Source: a virus
Lineage: Duplodnaviria > Caudoviricetes
Strand: one strand, 5' to 3'
IMG/VR virus record: IMGVR_UViG_3300000101_000005
Length of the DNA: 64,000 nucleotides
Shown: positions 55,368 to 64,000 of the stretch, piece after piece
Layout of the letters: each line of letters starts with the position of its first letter
Position numbering within the stretch: the stretch's first letter is position 1
The notes under the pieces: generated by a model
What the model was told of the DNA's origin: nothing
Databases searched by the model: none
The model's input: only the letters and a program-made list of their open reading frames with translations
Made by a program: the position numbers and the translations under genes

Positions 55368-58300
55368 TTAATCAGTCCTAATACCCTTATGCTCAAAGCT
55401 TCGATAAAATAATGCCTGAGCTAGATAACTTCCCCCAATGCCCGCTTTCGGACCTTGTAAATCAAACATCACTGGGATGTTAACTGCTTGTCCTGCTGTA
55501 TTACCAATCTCATCAGGACCTACCTTAACTGTACCTGCGATAAAGCTCGCTGTTAACAAGTCTGCTCCACCAACGTTAAGTCTATTTGTTAAGTACGCTT
55601 TAATTGCTCTCTGTGTAGGAATAATGTTGTTTGAATCTGCAATAAACAACGGATCTGTTGAGAACTCTCTAATAACTGTACCAGTACCACCAACTCTAAT
55701 TCCACCTAGTGCAAGTTCTGTAAGACCTGCTAAGTCAAAGAAGTCAGCACTAATAGTAACAATACCTGTAGACTGTTCAACAGCAAACAATTCACCAACC
55801 CTAAAGTTACCTGATTGGTCTGTACTTGAGTAGAATACTCTACCACCATTTATTTCTTGTACCTCATTTTCTGGATAAGAAATATAATTTTGTGTATACA
55901 ATCCTGGATAGTTAGTCTGTGTAAAGTTACCTGTACCAATATCTAGGAAGTCGTGGTTTGAAATTCTACATTGTGAATATCTAGTGTTAATTGTTACGCT
56001 ATTACCATGATTTGTTGTTGGATCGTCCTCAATTTTAAGTTCAGGACTTACTCTAAATCTTAGAGTAAAGGTTCCACCAGTATCAACACTTTCTTGCTCA
56101 ATAACAACAACAGTGTAAAGTTCTGGGTTACCAGTAAGTCTTAACTGCGCACCTGGGCCAATAACAACTGGCATTCCAGAAACTGTAATAAACTTACCTA
56201 CAGGAGTAATATCTGCAAAACCATCACCTGTTACAGTAACAGTAGTTGTACTTGTTTTATATGCAGTACCTCTGTTAGTCCAACTTGGTTGTGCTAATAC
56301 ACCGTCTGCAAATCTTGTCATATCAAGTTCAAGTTCACCTGTGTTGTTAGGATCAATAACTGTGTACCCAACTGGAGTATTAACAATATCATAACCTGAA
56401 CCTGGATCCCAAAGTTTTACAACTCCGATCGATCCAGCAGTTACATCTGCTCTACCTTTAATTGTAGCACCTGTGTAAACAACTTTGTGAGTAAATTTAA
56501 CATCACGGTCTAATACTACCCATCTACCTTTTCTATTATCTAAACCATCTGTAGCATCTGCATCTGGATTACCAAATACACATCTGTTCCAGTTTCCAAT
56601 TTGTCCAATGTCTCTCTCGGTCCAATGTATTCCGTCTGGTGATGTGTAAATGTATTGTACCGGTCCTGTTGTTGCATCTCCTGAAATAGTTCTACCTGCT
56701 GTATCGTAAAGTGCCATAAACACACCTTGACCATATTTTAGATCGTTCCATTGTAATATTGTTGAACCATCTATTAATGGCATAGTTGCCGGATACCAAG
56801 TTTCTCCATCGAATGAATAACCAATATCGCCAGTGTCTGACATAGCAACAAATCTATTATTACCAAATGCAACACGGTTCCAATCTTTTTGCGTACTGTC
56901 TGCAACAACGTCCATGATATAAGTTGCCCAAGTAATAGTTGTACCGTTCCATGTTCCTATTGCTGCTAAGTTATTACTATTTGCAATTGCAACAAATTTT
57001 CCTGCACCATAAGTTACACTCACCCATTCGTTAATAGTTGAGTCGCCTGCTGCTGGAAAGTTAGCTGCTGACCAAGTTGCGCCGCCGTTGGTTGATATCG
57101 CTGCATTGTTTCCTGCACTTGAAACTGCAACAAATACGTTTGCTTCTACTTCATCATATATTGGATTACCGTATGCAACATCTGTCCAATTAGTATTTGC
57201 TGGTAAACTAAATGCAGTCCATACGCTACCATTTGAACTATATGCACCTACTGCTGCAGAATCTTTAATTGCAACAAACTTTCCGTTACCTGCTGCAACT
57301 GATTTCCATACACCTGCGGATGGTAAGTTTGCCGTTGCCCATGTTGTTCCGTTAAGAGAGTAGTTAACAGTTGTACCTGTGTTTGCAACTGCTACAAATC
57401 TACCACTTTCTGCAAATCCTGTATATTCAAATGTAACAATGCTGTTTGTACTATCGTCAGTTACACTATGTACTGAGATTGTAATATTGTTATCACTGCC
57501 TGCACCTAAGCTACTACCTAAAATTACAAGACTGTCGCCTATTGCGTATCCAGCACCACCTTGTCTTAATGTAACTGTGTAGTCTTTGCCAAGTTTTACA
57601 ATATCAAATGTTGGGTTAGAAGCCGGTACTCCGATTGTTGATCCTGTTCCTGTACCTGTTGCACTAACAGATGTATATACAGCTGATGTTTCACCGTAAG
57701 CTACATCACCCCATGTTGTACCAGAATCAAGTGTTGATACTGCATGTGAAAAAGGAGGTGCATCAAACACAACTCTTGGTTCGAACCTATAAGATGTACC
57801 TGTTAATAATTGTTCTAAAATTGGTTTACCTGGAACTACATGATCCCAACCTGGTGTAGCAGTAGACTCCTTGTAAACTGTTACAACTTTTGAAGTACTG
57901 TTATAAGCATGTACATAACCATACTGTCCTGTACCAGGTCCTGATGTTAAAATAATTCTTAAACCTAACAAGTTTGCTTCTTCATTTTCATCGTTAGTAG
58001 CAATAGTAATAGTAGTTGTATCACCAGTTTGAGCGTTGTTACCAATAAGTGTAAATCCGCCTCCACCTGCTGCTGCTGACGCTTGACCTGTAACAATCCT
58101 TGCTTCAAACATAGCATCATCTCTAGTTTCTTCTTGAAGTACTGCTGCGTTTGCACCTGAACCAACAAATGTATAATCTGCTGATGTATAATTTTGTCCA
58201 CAGTTTTTAAATTCTAATGCAAGAATCTCATCATTTACTTCTCCAGCAAATGCTGACACAACCTGTGCTTCTTCTTGTCTGTTATTAATTGTAGCAGTAA

Positions 58301-60956
58301 TTGGTGTTTCAGTTGGGTCTGTACCGTCTGCTAACGCACCAATGTAACCATATGAACAGTTACCATTAGTAGCACGTATAATACCACCATTTTCTGCTAG
58401 GTATCCTACCTGTGCATAATATGTAAACACTGATACAAGTTCTGCTCTACCATTGTTAAGAACGTGAGCACCAATACCATCACTAATTACCTGTGTAAAA
58501 TCGTTGGACACGATTGATTTGTTACCGCCTGCGTGTAATGATCCATCAATTTTTTGTCCTGTACAATTGCTACCAAATGTAGATACACCTTGTATATATG
58601 GAGAACGTGTTGTAATCCAAACTTTAGTATCTGCTGTACCCCAACCTGGATCAAGCGAAACATAATTAGGACCAGTTGGTCTTTGATATTGTTCAAAAAC
58701 GTTTGGTGGATTAAGTGTACCTGTTAAACCGTCAAGTGTACATTGTCTAACTCCACAGGCATCTCTAACATAAAACATATCTGTTGACGAACTTCCAACT
58801 ACCATGCTGTTGTAGAACTTACCTTCTTTTAAAATTCTATAGTTTCCTTCATACTGTAAATCGTATGCAAGTGCATTACAAATTCTATGCATATCGTCAT
58901 TATAAATTGCACTATCGTATGCATAATCACTAAATGTATTATCAAGATATGATGTTGCTTCTTTCATTAAGAAGTCTTTATTTGCAATAATCATTCTTGC
59001 TGCATTTAATCTATTTGTTTGAGTTGTAATTGCATTTGTACCAGTAACAACAGGATCAGTTCCTGTACTTTGTACATGGAAATTAATATACTGATTATAA
59101 TCTGCTAGTCCGTTGTCAACTAAGTTTGCTGCAACTGAATCTGAAGTAACTTGCACGTAGTTAATAATTTCTAGTCCATCGCCTGTTGGAGGTCCTGGAT
59201 TAAATGTTCCTGTCTTAATAGCATCTGTAATTACTGTAACATCAGCAGTATTTCCTGATTGTTTTGTAAACGATGTTCCTTCTAAAATGTGTCTAATAAC
59301 ACCTTGTAAGTGTGTTGATACAGCAATTCTGTATACAGCATCACTTGCCATAGAAGCAATTGCACCTCTTGGTTTAATTTTAGATGATCTAATTTCATCA
59401 CCAAGCACAACTGTTTTAGCAGGCAAACTGATTGGAAGTATTTCTTCGTACAAGCCTGTTGTTAATTGTATTGTGTTATGTGCGTCTACACCGTCGTCAG
59501 CTATTTCTGCTGCGTATCTAACTGTCTTAACTGGTTTGAAAGGATCAATACCTGCGTTGGCGTTTGCTCTATCATCTACACCAATAATTGGATCAACGTA
59601 AATGTACCTTGCACTTTTACCCCAGTTATCATATTCTAAAGTATCAGTTGGACCAACTTGTAAAAGTTTCTCAGCAGTTCCTAGTGGAACGTTAGTAGCA
59701 CCTAATGTAGATCCGTCACCAGCAATAGTTCTGCTTAATCCAAATGTTAATAAATCACCCGGGTTAACAAGTCCAACATTATCTGCACCTTGAAGTAAAA
59801 GATCCCAATAATTAAATCCACTACCGTTATCTCCTGGGAAGTTTTCATCACTTGCTGTATGTTCTATGTTTGCTTTATATGCACTACCTCTGTAAGTAAT
59901 TACATCGCCTACTGCGTATACTGTTGCAGTAGTCCAAGAATTTTTCCACGCTTGTCCGTTAACAATAAGTTCCCAGTTACCTGCATCAAGATAGTCTAAT
60001 GAACTTCCGTCATCAGCACTGTTTAATGTTGCAACATAAATTGATCCGCCTCTTTCAACAACATCACCTGTTTTATATTGTGTTGCCTTTGCCCATGTAC
60101 CTGCAAGATTAATACCTTTTGAAATAACTGCCCAATCAACCTCACCCGGTTGGTAAATTGAATCACCTGGGTTACGTGCATAATTGTTTGTTTGTGACTG
60201 GTAAACATATCCGCCGTGTTGTACAACATCGCCAATTGCATAGTATGTTGAGCCTGACCACTGACCTTGAATTTTACGTCCTGGTACTTCTAAAACAAAG
60301 TTTGAAGAAGTAATATTAGTTGTTGATGTATGTCCTGTTAAAACTCTTAAAAGCGATCCACCATACTTAACAAGGTCCTGCGCTCTGTATCTAGTAGCGT
60401 CAGTATATGAACCTTTAAACGTTTTACCGTAGTAATAAGTTGTCCATTTAAATTGATCGTCTTCTAAACCTAATGCTGTAGTTGCTGCTGAAGTATGTGC
60501 AGTAGAACATTTGTAAACAATACCACCGTAGTTAACAACATCGCCTACACCGTATGTCGTTGCAACTGCCCAATCGCTACCCCAGTCTGCTCCTGGAACA
60601 TAAACTGCCCAATTAGCAATGTCTGTATTAAAATCTGCTGATGATGTGTGTCCTGTTGCAACAAGCCAAAGAGTACCACCGTCATCTACAATGTCTCCGT
60701 TATAGTAAGTCGTTGCGGCTGCCCAAGCACCTCTAAATGCTCTACCATCGGACATCTTCTTCCATGCCGGTTGTGCAATAGTGTCGCCAACTGGTATGTA
60801 ATCCACATCTGCTTTAAAGTTTGCTGATGTGTGTCCTCTAAGCGCAATATATACACTGCCTCCGTACTGTACAACATCATCAATGATGTATGCAGTTGCA
60901 GTTGTCCATGGACCTTTCCATGTATATCTAATTCGACTTATCTTAAACTCTGCCAT
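55368..60956 (-). CDS. Giant virion structural protein (1862 aa), paralog of 47479-55299
   Basis: Same start (MAEFKISRIRYTWKG), seven repeats, RSPYIQGVST, six Asp-box-like motifs, and HDFLDIGTG/TDQSGNFRVG. Confidence 0.8.
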   Translation of the reverse strand: MAEFKISRIRYTWKGPWTTATAYIIDDVVQYGGSVYIALRGHTSANFKADVDYIPVGDTIAQPAWKKMSDGRAFRGAWAAATTYYNGDIVDDGGTLWLVATGHTSSADFNTDIANWAVYVPGADWGSDWAVATTYGVGDVVNYGGIVYKCSTAHTSAATTALGLEDDQFKWTTYYYGKTFKGSYTDATRYRAQDLVKYGGSLLRVLTGHTSTTNITSSNFVLEVPGRKIQGQWSGSTYYAIGDVVQHGGYVYQSQTNNYARNPGDSIYQPGEVDWAVISKGINLAGTWAKATQYKTGDVVERGGSIYVATLNSADDGSSLDYLDAGNWELIVNGQAWKNSWTTATVYAVGDVITYRGSAYKANIEHTASDENFPGDNGSGFNYWDLLLQGADNVGLVNPGDLLTFGLSRTIAGDGSTLGATNVPLGTAEKLLQVGPTDTLEYDNWGKSARYIYVDPIIGVDDRANANAGIDPFKPVKTVRYAAEIADDGVDAHNTIQLTTGLYEEILPISLPAKTVVLGDEIRSSKIKPRGAIASMASDAVYRIAVSTHLQGVIRHILEGTSFTKQSGNTADVTVITDAIKTGTFNPGPPTGDGLEIINYVQVTSDSVAANLVDNGLADYNQYINFHVQSTGTDPVVTGTNAITTQTNRLNAARMIIANKDFLMKEATSYLDNTFSDYAYDSAIYNDDMHRICNALAYDLQYEGNYRILKEGKFYNSMVVGSSSTDMFYVRDACGVRQCTLDGLTGTLNPPNVFEQYQRPTGPNYVSLDPGWGTADTKVWITTRSPYIQGVSTFGSNCTGQKIDGSLHAGGNKSIVSNDFTQVISDGIGAHVLNNGRAELVSVFTYYAQVGYLAENGGIIRATNGNCSYGYIGALADGTDPTETPITATINNRQEEAQVVSAFAGEVNDEILALEFKNCGQNYTSADYTFVGSGANAAVLQEETRDDAMFEARIVTGQASAAAGGGGFTLIGNNAQTGDTTTITIATNDENEEANLLGLRIILTSGPGTGQYGYVHAYNSTSKVVTVYKESTATPGWDHVVPGKPILEQLLTGTSYRFEPRVVFDAPPFSHAVSTLDSGTTWGDVAYGETSAVYTSVSATGTGTGSTIGVPASNPTFDIVKLGKDYTVTLRQGGAGYAIGDSLVILGSSLGAGSDNNITISVHSVTDDSTNSIVTFEYTGFAESGRFVAVANTGTTVNYSLNGTTWATANLPSAGVWKSVAAGNGKFVAIKDSAAVGAYSSNGSVWTAFSLPANTNWTDVAYGNPIYDEVEANVFVAVSSAGNNAAISTNGGATWSAANFPAAGDSTINEWVSVTYGAGKFVAIANSNNLAAIGTWNGTTITWATYIMDVVADSTQKDWNRVAFGNNRFVAMSDTGDIGYSFDGETWYPATMPLIDGSTILQWNDLKYGQGVFMALYDTAGRTISGDATTGPVQYIYTSPDGIHWTERDIGQIGNWNRCVFGNPDADATDGLDNRKGRWVVLDRDVKFTHKVVYTGATIKGRADVTAGSIGVVKLWDPGSGYDIVNTPVGYTVIDPNNTGELELDMTRFADGVLAQPSWTNRGTAYKTSTTTVTVTGDGFADITPVGKFITVSGMPVVIGPGAQLRLTGNPELYTVVVIEQESVDTGGTFTLRFRVSPELKIEDDPTTNHGNSVTINTRYSQCRISNHDFLDIGTGNFTQTNYPGLYTQNYISYPENEVQEINGGRVFYSSTDQSGNFRVGELFAVEQSTGIVTISADFFDLAGLTELALGGIRVGGTGTVIREFSTDPLFIADSNNIIPTQRAIKAYLTNRLNVGGADLLTASFIAGTVKVGPDEIGNTAGQAVNIPVMFDLQGPKAGIGGSYLAQALFYRSFEHKGIRTD

Positions 60957-60966
60957 TTAGTTACTC

Positions 60967-61332
60967 CTAACTTGATGTTCCGTTTGGATAAGCATAGTTC
61001 TGATTAATTCGTTGAACTAACATACCTTCTCCGTCTACATAATACAATATGCTTCTTTGGTCCCACTTATATTGAGTCCAATACATATTCTCTTTATCTT
61101 TAACATGGTTAACATTAATACCATCAAAGAAGTCAACACCTGGTTCTAAGTCCTCAAAAGTTTCTTCTGGCGGACCTGGCAAGTTAATATCAATTGAGTC
61201 TTTGTCTTTCAACTGATCACTTCTTAGAAGATATAATTCACCATCTTCGTTTCTTCTAAGTGCATAAAAATATCTAGGGCTATCACCTAGTGATTCATCT
61301 GGGCTTTGTCCGAAATAATATGGATTTGCCAT
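60967..61332 (-). CDS. Hypothetical protein
   Basis: 121-aa aromatic-rich ORF with a GGAG RBS inside the structural operon. Confidence 0.7.
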   Translation of the reverse strand: MANPYYFGQSPDESLGDSPRYFYALRRNEDGELYLLRSDQLKDKDSIDINLPGPPEETFEDLEPGVDFFDGINVNHVKDKENMYWTQYKWDQRSILYYVDGEGMLVQRINQNYAYPNGTSS

Positions 61333-61345
61333 GTTCTATACCTCC

Positions 61346-61678
61346 CTATGATATCTCTACGAAACTAACTGTTGCATCAACACTTGATTCCGTATCACTT
61401 GTTATTCTTAAACCAGCCGTTGCTGGCAATATTAATCTTTCACCTTGCGTGATTACTTTAGCACTCGAACCCGGTGGTATCGGTACTGATCTGGCATAGT
61501 TACCAACTGTTGAGTTTTCATCAACAACTTGTACATCAACTACAACTGTATCGTAATCTGAATTGTTTGCAAGGTTACAACCTACTACGGTTGCTTTAAC
61601 ACCTTCTTGAATTTGTAATACATCAGTAGGTGTTGTTCCAATATCTGTTACTACGCTCTGTTTAAATACTGTTGGCAT
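61346..61678 (-). CDS. Small beta-rich virion protein
   Basis: TDVL...ATVVGCNLAN...IPPGSS...GERLIL; pattern similar to 47130-47450. Confidence 0.6.
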   Translation of the reverse strand: MPTVFKQSVVTDIGTTPTDVLQIQEGVKATVVGCNLANNSDYDTVVVDVQVVDENSTVGNYARSVPIPPGSSAKVITQGERLILPATAGLRITSDTESSVDATVSFVEIS

Positions 61679-61688
61679 ACTATTTCCT

Positions 61689-62741
61689 CTATCCTAACAT
61701 TAATGCATACGATGATGCAATTGTGTTTGCTTGAATTTCTGATACCGCTCCTGATGCACCTGCTGGACTCGCCCATGCAGTACCTGTCCATATTTCAATT
61801 GCTTTTGCATCTGTATTGTATCTTGTCATACCTGCAACTGCATATGAAGTTGGACGTTGTGCGTCATTACCTCTTGGTGGAACAAAACCGTTGTTGGTAT
61901 CAATTTTAAAATAACCTGTTCCGCTTTGTACAATCTGTGTAATACCACCTGGTTGTACGTTAGTAATTGTGTTTCCTGAAAATCTAAAGTTACCTAATCT
62001 AGCACCACCAGTTCCATTACCTTCAATAGTAAAGTCAGTACCAGTTGCTGATGTAATTGTGCTATCTCTAAATGTTAAGTCACCAATGTCAAGTGTTGGA
62101 AGATTTAATGTTGTTGTATATAAATCATTAACATGAATCTCTTTCCATCTTGTTGTTGTGTTACCTAACTTATATGTGTTATCAGTTTCTGGAATAAGAT
62201 CACTTGCAATCGCAGCATTAAACTCAATAGTGTCTGTAGGTGCATCACCAATAGTAATGTTACCACCAATAGTAATATCACCACCTGTGTTAATGTTACC
62301 AGTAACATACAAGTCACCAGTAATATTTGTGTTACCTACAACTTCTAATGTGCCTGCGCCATTAGGACGAAGCTCTAAATTAGTGTTAGAAACTGTTGTT
62401 GAAATTGTGTTACCTGTAAGTTGCAGATCATCTACTTGTAATTTAGAATTATAAATTACTGGATCTGAACCTGAAGGTGCAAATGAAATAGTATCGAGTG
62501 TACTAGAAATAGTGTTACCGGTAATACTTAAATTACCTACATCTAATTGATTGTCTACTGTGAGTGTTGTTGATCTTGTTGTACCTACAACATCGATATC
62601 CGTGGTGGGAGAAGAGTTGTTTACTCCTAAACGAGCATTGTTTACGTCTATGTAAAGTAAGTCGTTCTCAAAAGCTAAATCAACCCCGTTTCTAACGAGA
62701 TTTGCCTTTAAGAGCGGACCCGAAATACGACCAATTGCCAT
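61689..62741 (-). CDS. Virion structural/fibre-like protein
   Basis: MAIGRISGPLLKANL; repeated L.I.GNTIS(T) units; C-terminal GNDAQRP...RYNT..IEIWTG; AAGGAG RBS. Confidence 0.65.
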   Translation of the reverse strand: MAIGRISGPLLKANLVRNGVDLAFENDLLYIDVNNARLGVNNSSPTTDIDVVGTTRSTTLTVDNQLDVGNLSITGNTISSTLDTISFAPSGSDPVIYNSKLQVDDLQLTGNTISTTVSNTNLELRPNGAGTLEVVGNTNITGDLYVTGNINTGGDITIGGNITIGDAPTDTIEFNAAIASDLIPETDNTYKLGNTTTRWKEIHVNDLYTTTLNLPTLDIGDLTFRDSTITSATGTDFTIEGNGTGGARLGNFRFSGNTITNVQPGGITQIVQSGTGYFKIDTNNGFVPPRGNDAQRPTSYAVAGMTRYNTDAKAIEIWTGTAWASPAGASGAVSEIQANTIASSYALMLG

Positions 62742-62845
62742 TACGCTCTCCTTTTCACGGGGATCCTGTCCCTCTAGCCACCTTACATTGCGGGCTAACC
62801 ACAGTAAAAGATCAATGCTTGGTCGGCATCAACAGTAGTATTTAG
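62742..62845 (-). promoter_or_regulatory. Late-type CTAAATA motif followed by a roughly 97-nt GC-richer leader able to form several stems
   Basis: CTAAATA at 62839-62845; stems GUUGAUGC/GCAUUGAU, UGUGG/CCGCA, UAGCC/GGCUA and GGGA/UCCC precede the RBS. Confidence 0.5.
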
Positions 62846-62858
62846 CAAATTGACTTAA

Positions 62859-64000
62859 TTAACCGAGGATAAGGCTATATACGTCGCCTAAATCTTCCAT
62901 TAGTGATTCACTAATTTCAGCACCGCCACCAGTTGCTACTGCGTAGCCATCGCTAGTCTGTGTGCCTACTATCAAAGTAACATCGTTTGTCGGACTAGAT
63001 CCACCTGGAAGTCTAGTTCCTGGAATGTTGATCTGGTCTCCTTGTTGGTATCCAATTCCTTGCGATAAGAACTGAACTACTGTTAAACTACCCGCTAATA
63101 AATTCATTCTACAACTAAAACCAGATCCGTATACGGAGTTTGTAGTAGTAGTTCCTGAAAGAATATCAGCTGCATCTGCTAATCCTGAAAATGTTCCTGT
63201 TACTGTTACTGCTTCAACAATACCTGCAAAACATTCCATAATTTGTAAATCTGTGTTCCATCTAGTATCACCAACTTCTGGTAATGCTGGACGTTGTGCA
63301 TCTGTGCCTGCTGGCATTTTAAATGCACTGTCACCCATAAATCTTAAATAGCCAATGCCTGTGTTACCAAAACTAAAAGCATTGTTACCAGTATTATGGA
63401 TATTATCAGTTTCTATTTTTGTTCCGTCAACATAGTAATCGCCTGTAGCAGAAACTAACATTGTATCTTCGTTTGATTGTGTTGATGTAATAGTTGGAGT
63501 AACTAAAACCTGATCGCCTGTTTCACCTCTGAAACTAAGCTGGTTACTAATTAATGCTCCCATAGGGCGAACATTATCTGTGTTTGTTAAATTATCAGGA
63601 GTATGTAATTCTGAAAATCTTCTTGGTGAAGAGTCACGCTCATCTTGTCCAAAACTATATGTGTTATCAGTTTGTGGTACAATGTCTTGTGTTAAGTCAG
63701 GGTTGATAACAACAGTAGAAAAAGAACTATCACCTACTATAACATTACCTGCTAGTGTTACATTACCATCTAGGTTAATGTCTCCTGTTGCAGCTAGGTT
63801 ACCTGTCATGTTTGTATTTGCATGAACATTAATAGTACCTGTACCACTTGTATCTAAAGTAATACTGTCGTCTGTGCTTTTACCTTGTATAAAATTATCA
63901 CTAATATCTAAGTTGTCTGTTTGTAACCTTTGCCAAACAATTGAACCTTGGTCTGATGAGGGAACAATATTTAATGGTCCTGTAATCGTTGAAAATGTTG
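62859..64000 (-). CDS. Virion structural/fibre-like protein, truncated by the window edge
   Basis: The frame stays open from 63998 to the track's internal Met at 63809 (TFSTITGPLNIVPSSDQG...). Its C-terminal GTDAQRP...RWNT and final LILG resemble 61689-62741. Confidence 0.7.
   Translation of the reverse strand, partial: TFSTITGPLNIVPSSDQGSIVWQRLQTDNLDISDNFIQGKSTDDSITLDTSGTGTINVHANTNMTGNLAATGDINLDGNVTLAGNVIVGDSSFSTVVINPDLTQDIVPQTDNTYSFGQDERDSSPRRFSELHTPDNLTNTDNVRPMGALISNQLSFRGETGDQVLVTPTITSTQSNEDTMLVSATGDYYVDGTKIETDNIHNTGNNAFSFGNTGIGYLRFMGDSAFKMPAGTDAQRPALPEVGDTRWNTDLQIMECFAGIVEAVTVTGTFSGLADAADILSGTTTTNSVYGSGFSCRMNLLAGSLTVVQFLSQGIGYQQGDQINIPGTRLPGGSSPTNDVTLIVGTQTSDGYAVATGGGAEISESLMEDLGDVYSLILG

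Noticed and set aside
66-63825. Many short ORFs on the opposite strand or in alternate frames (for example 66-311, 795-1160, 14796-15212, 48842-49342, 52694-53236)
   Set aside because: They lie fully inside long, motif-bearing genes, lack RBS or promoter signals, and have the Ser/Pro/Val-rich composition typical of antisense shadows.
1-64000. CRISPR array, tRNA genes, integrase or transposase, alternative genetic code
   Set aside because: No regularly spaced repeats or cloverleaf with TTCGA/CCA features was seen in the few intergenic gaps. The TnsA-like ORF is the gp4 head protein. Long ORFs translate cleanly with the standard code. A tRNAscan run would be needed to exclude tRNAs formally.

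Overview
The window is a 64-kb segment of a large, AT-rich T4-like myovirus genome, probably aquatic or marine, and is almost fully coding. It holds recombination and replication genes (uvsX/recA, gp32 SSB, dNMP kinase) and a packaging, head and tail module (large and probable small terminase, gp4, gp13, gp14, gp15, a gp54-like protein, tail tube, an oversized sheath). It also has fibre proteins, a subtilisin-like protease, three tandem Gly/His-rich paralogs and two giant paralogous virion proteins (2606 and 1862 aa). Three features stand out. (1) A 23-aa PqqA (PQQ precursor peptide) gene at 2633-2704, missed by the ORF track, has its own RBS and terminator and suggests a PQQ-dependent host, possibly a methylotroph. 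(2) A 16.4-kb island (27012-43403) forms two convergent, gene-overlapping operons encoding 5 flavin-dependent halogenase homologs and 12 2OG-Fe(II)/JmjC-fold proteins. It sits among virion genes, and both operons start at late-promoter-like motifs. (3) A recurring TAA(A/G)TA motif lies exactly 5 nt before start codons that lack a Shine-Dalgarno sequence, implying leaderless late mRNAs. Candidate structured RNA leaders also occur before uvsX and the 350-aa structural gene. No tRNA, CRISPR array, integrase, intron or intein was seen. All family assignments come from motif recognition by eye; no database search was run.
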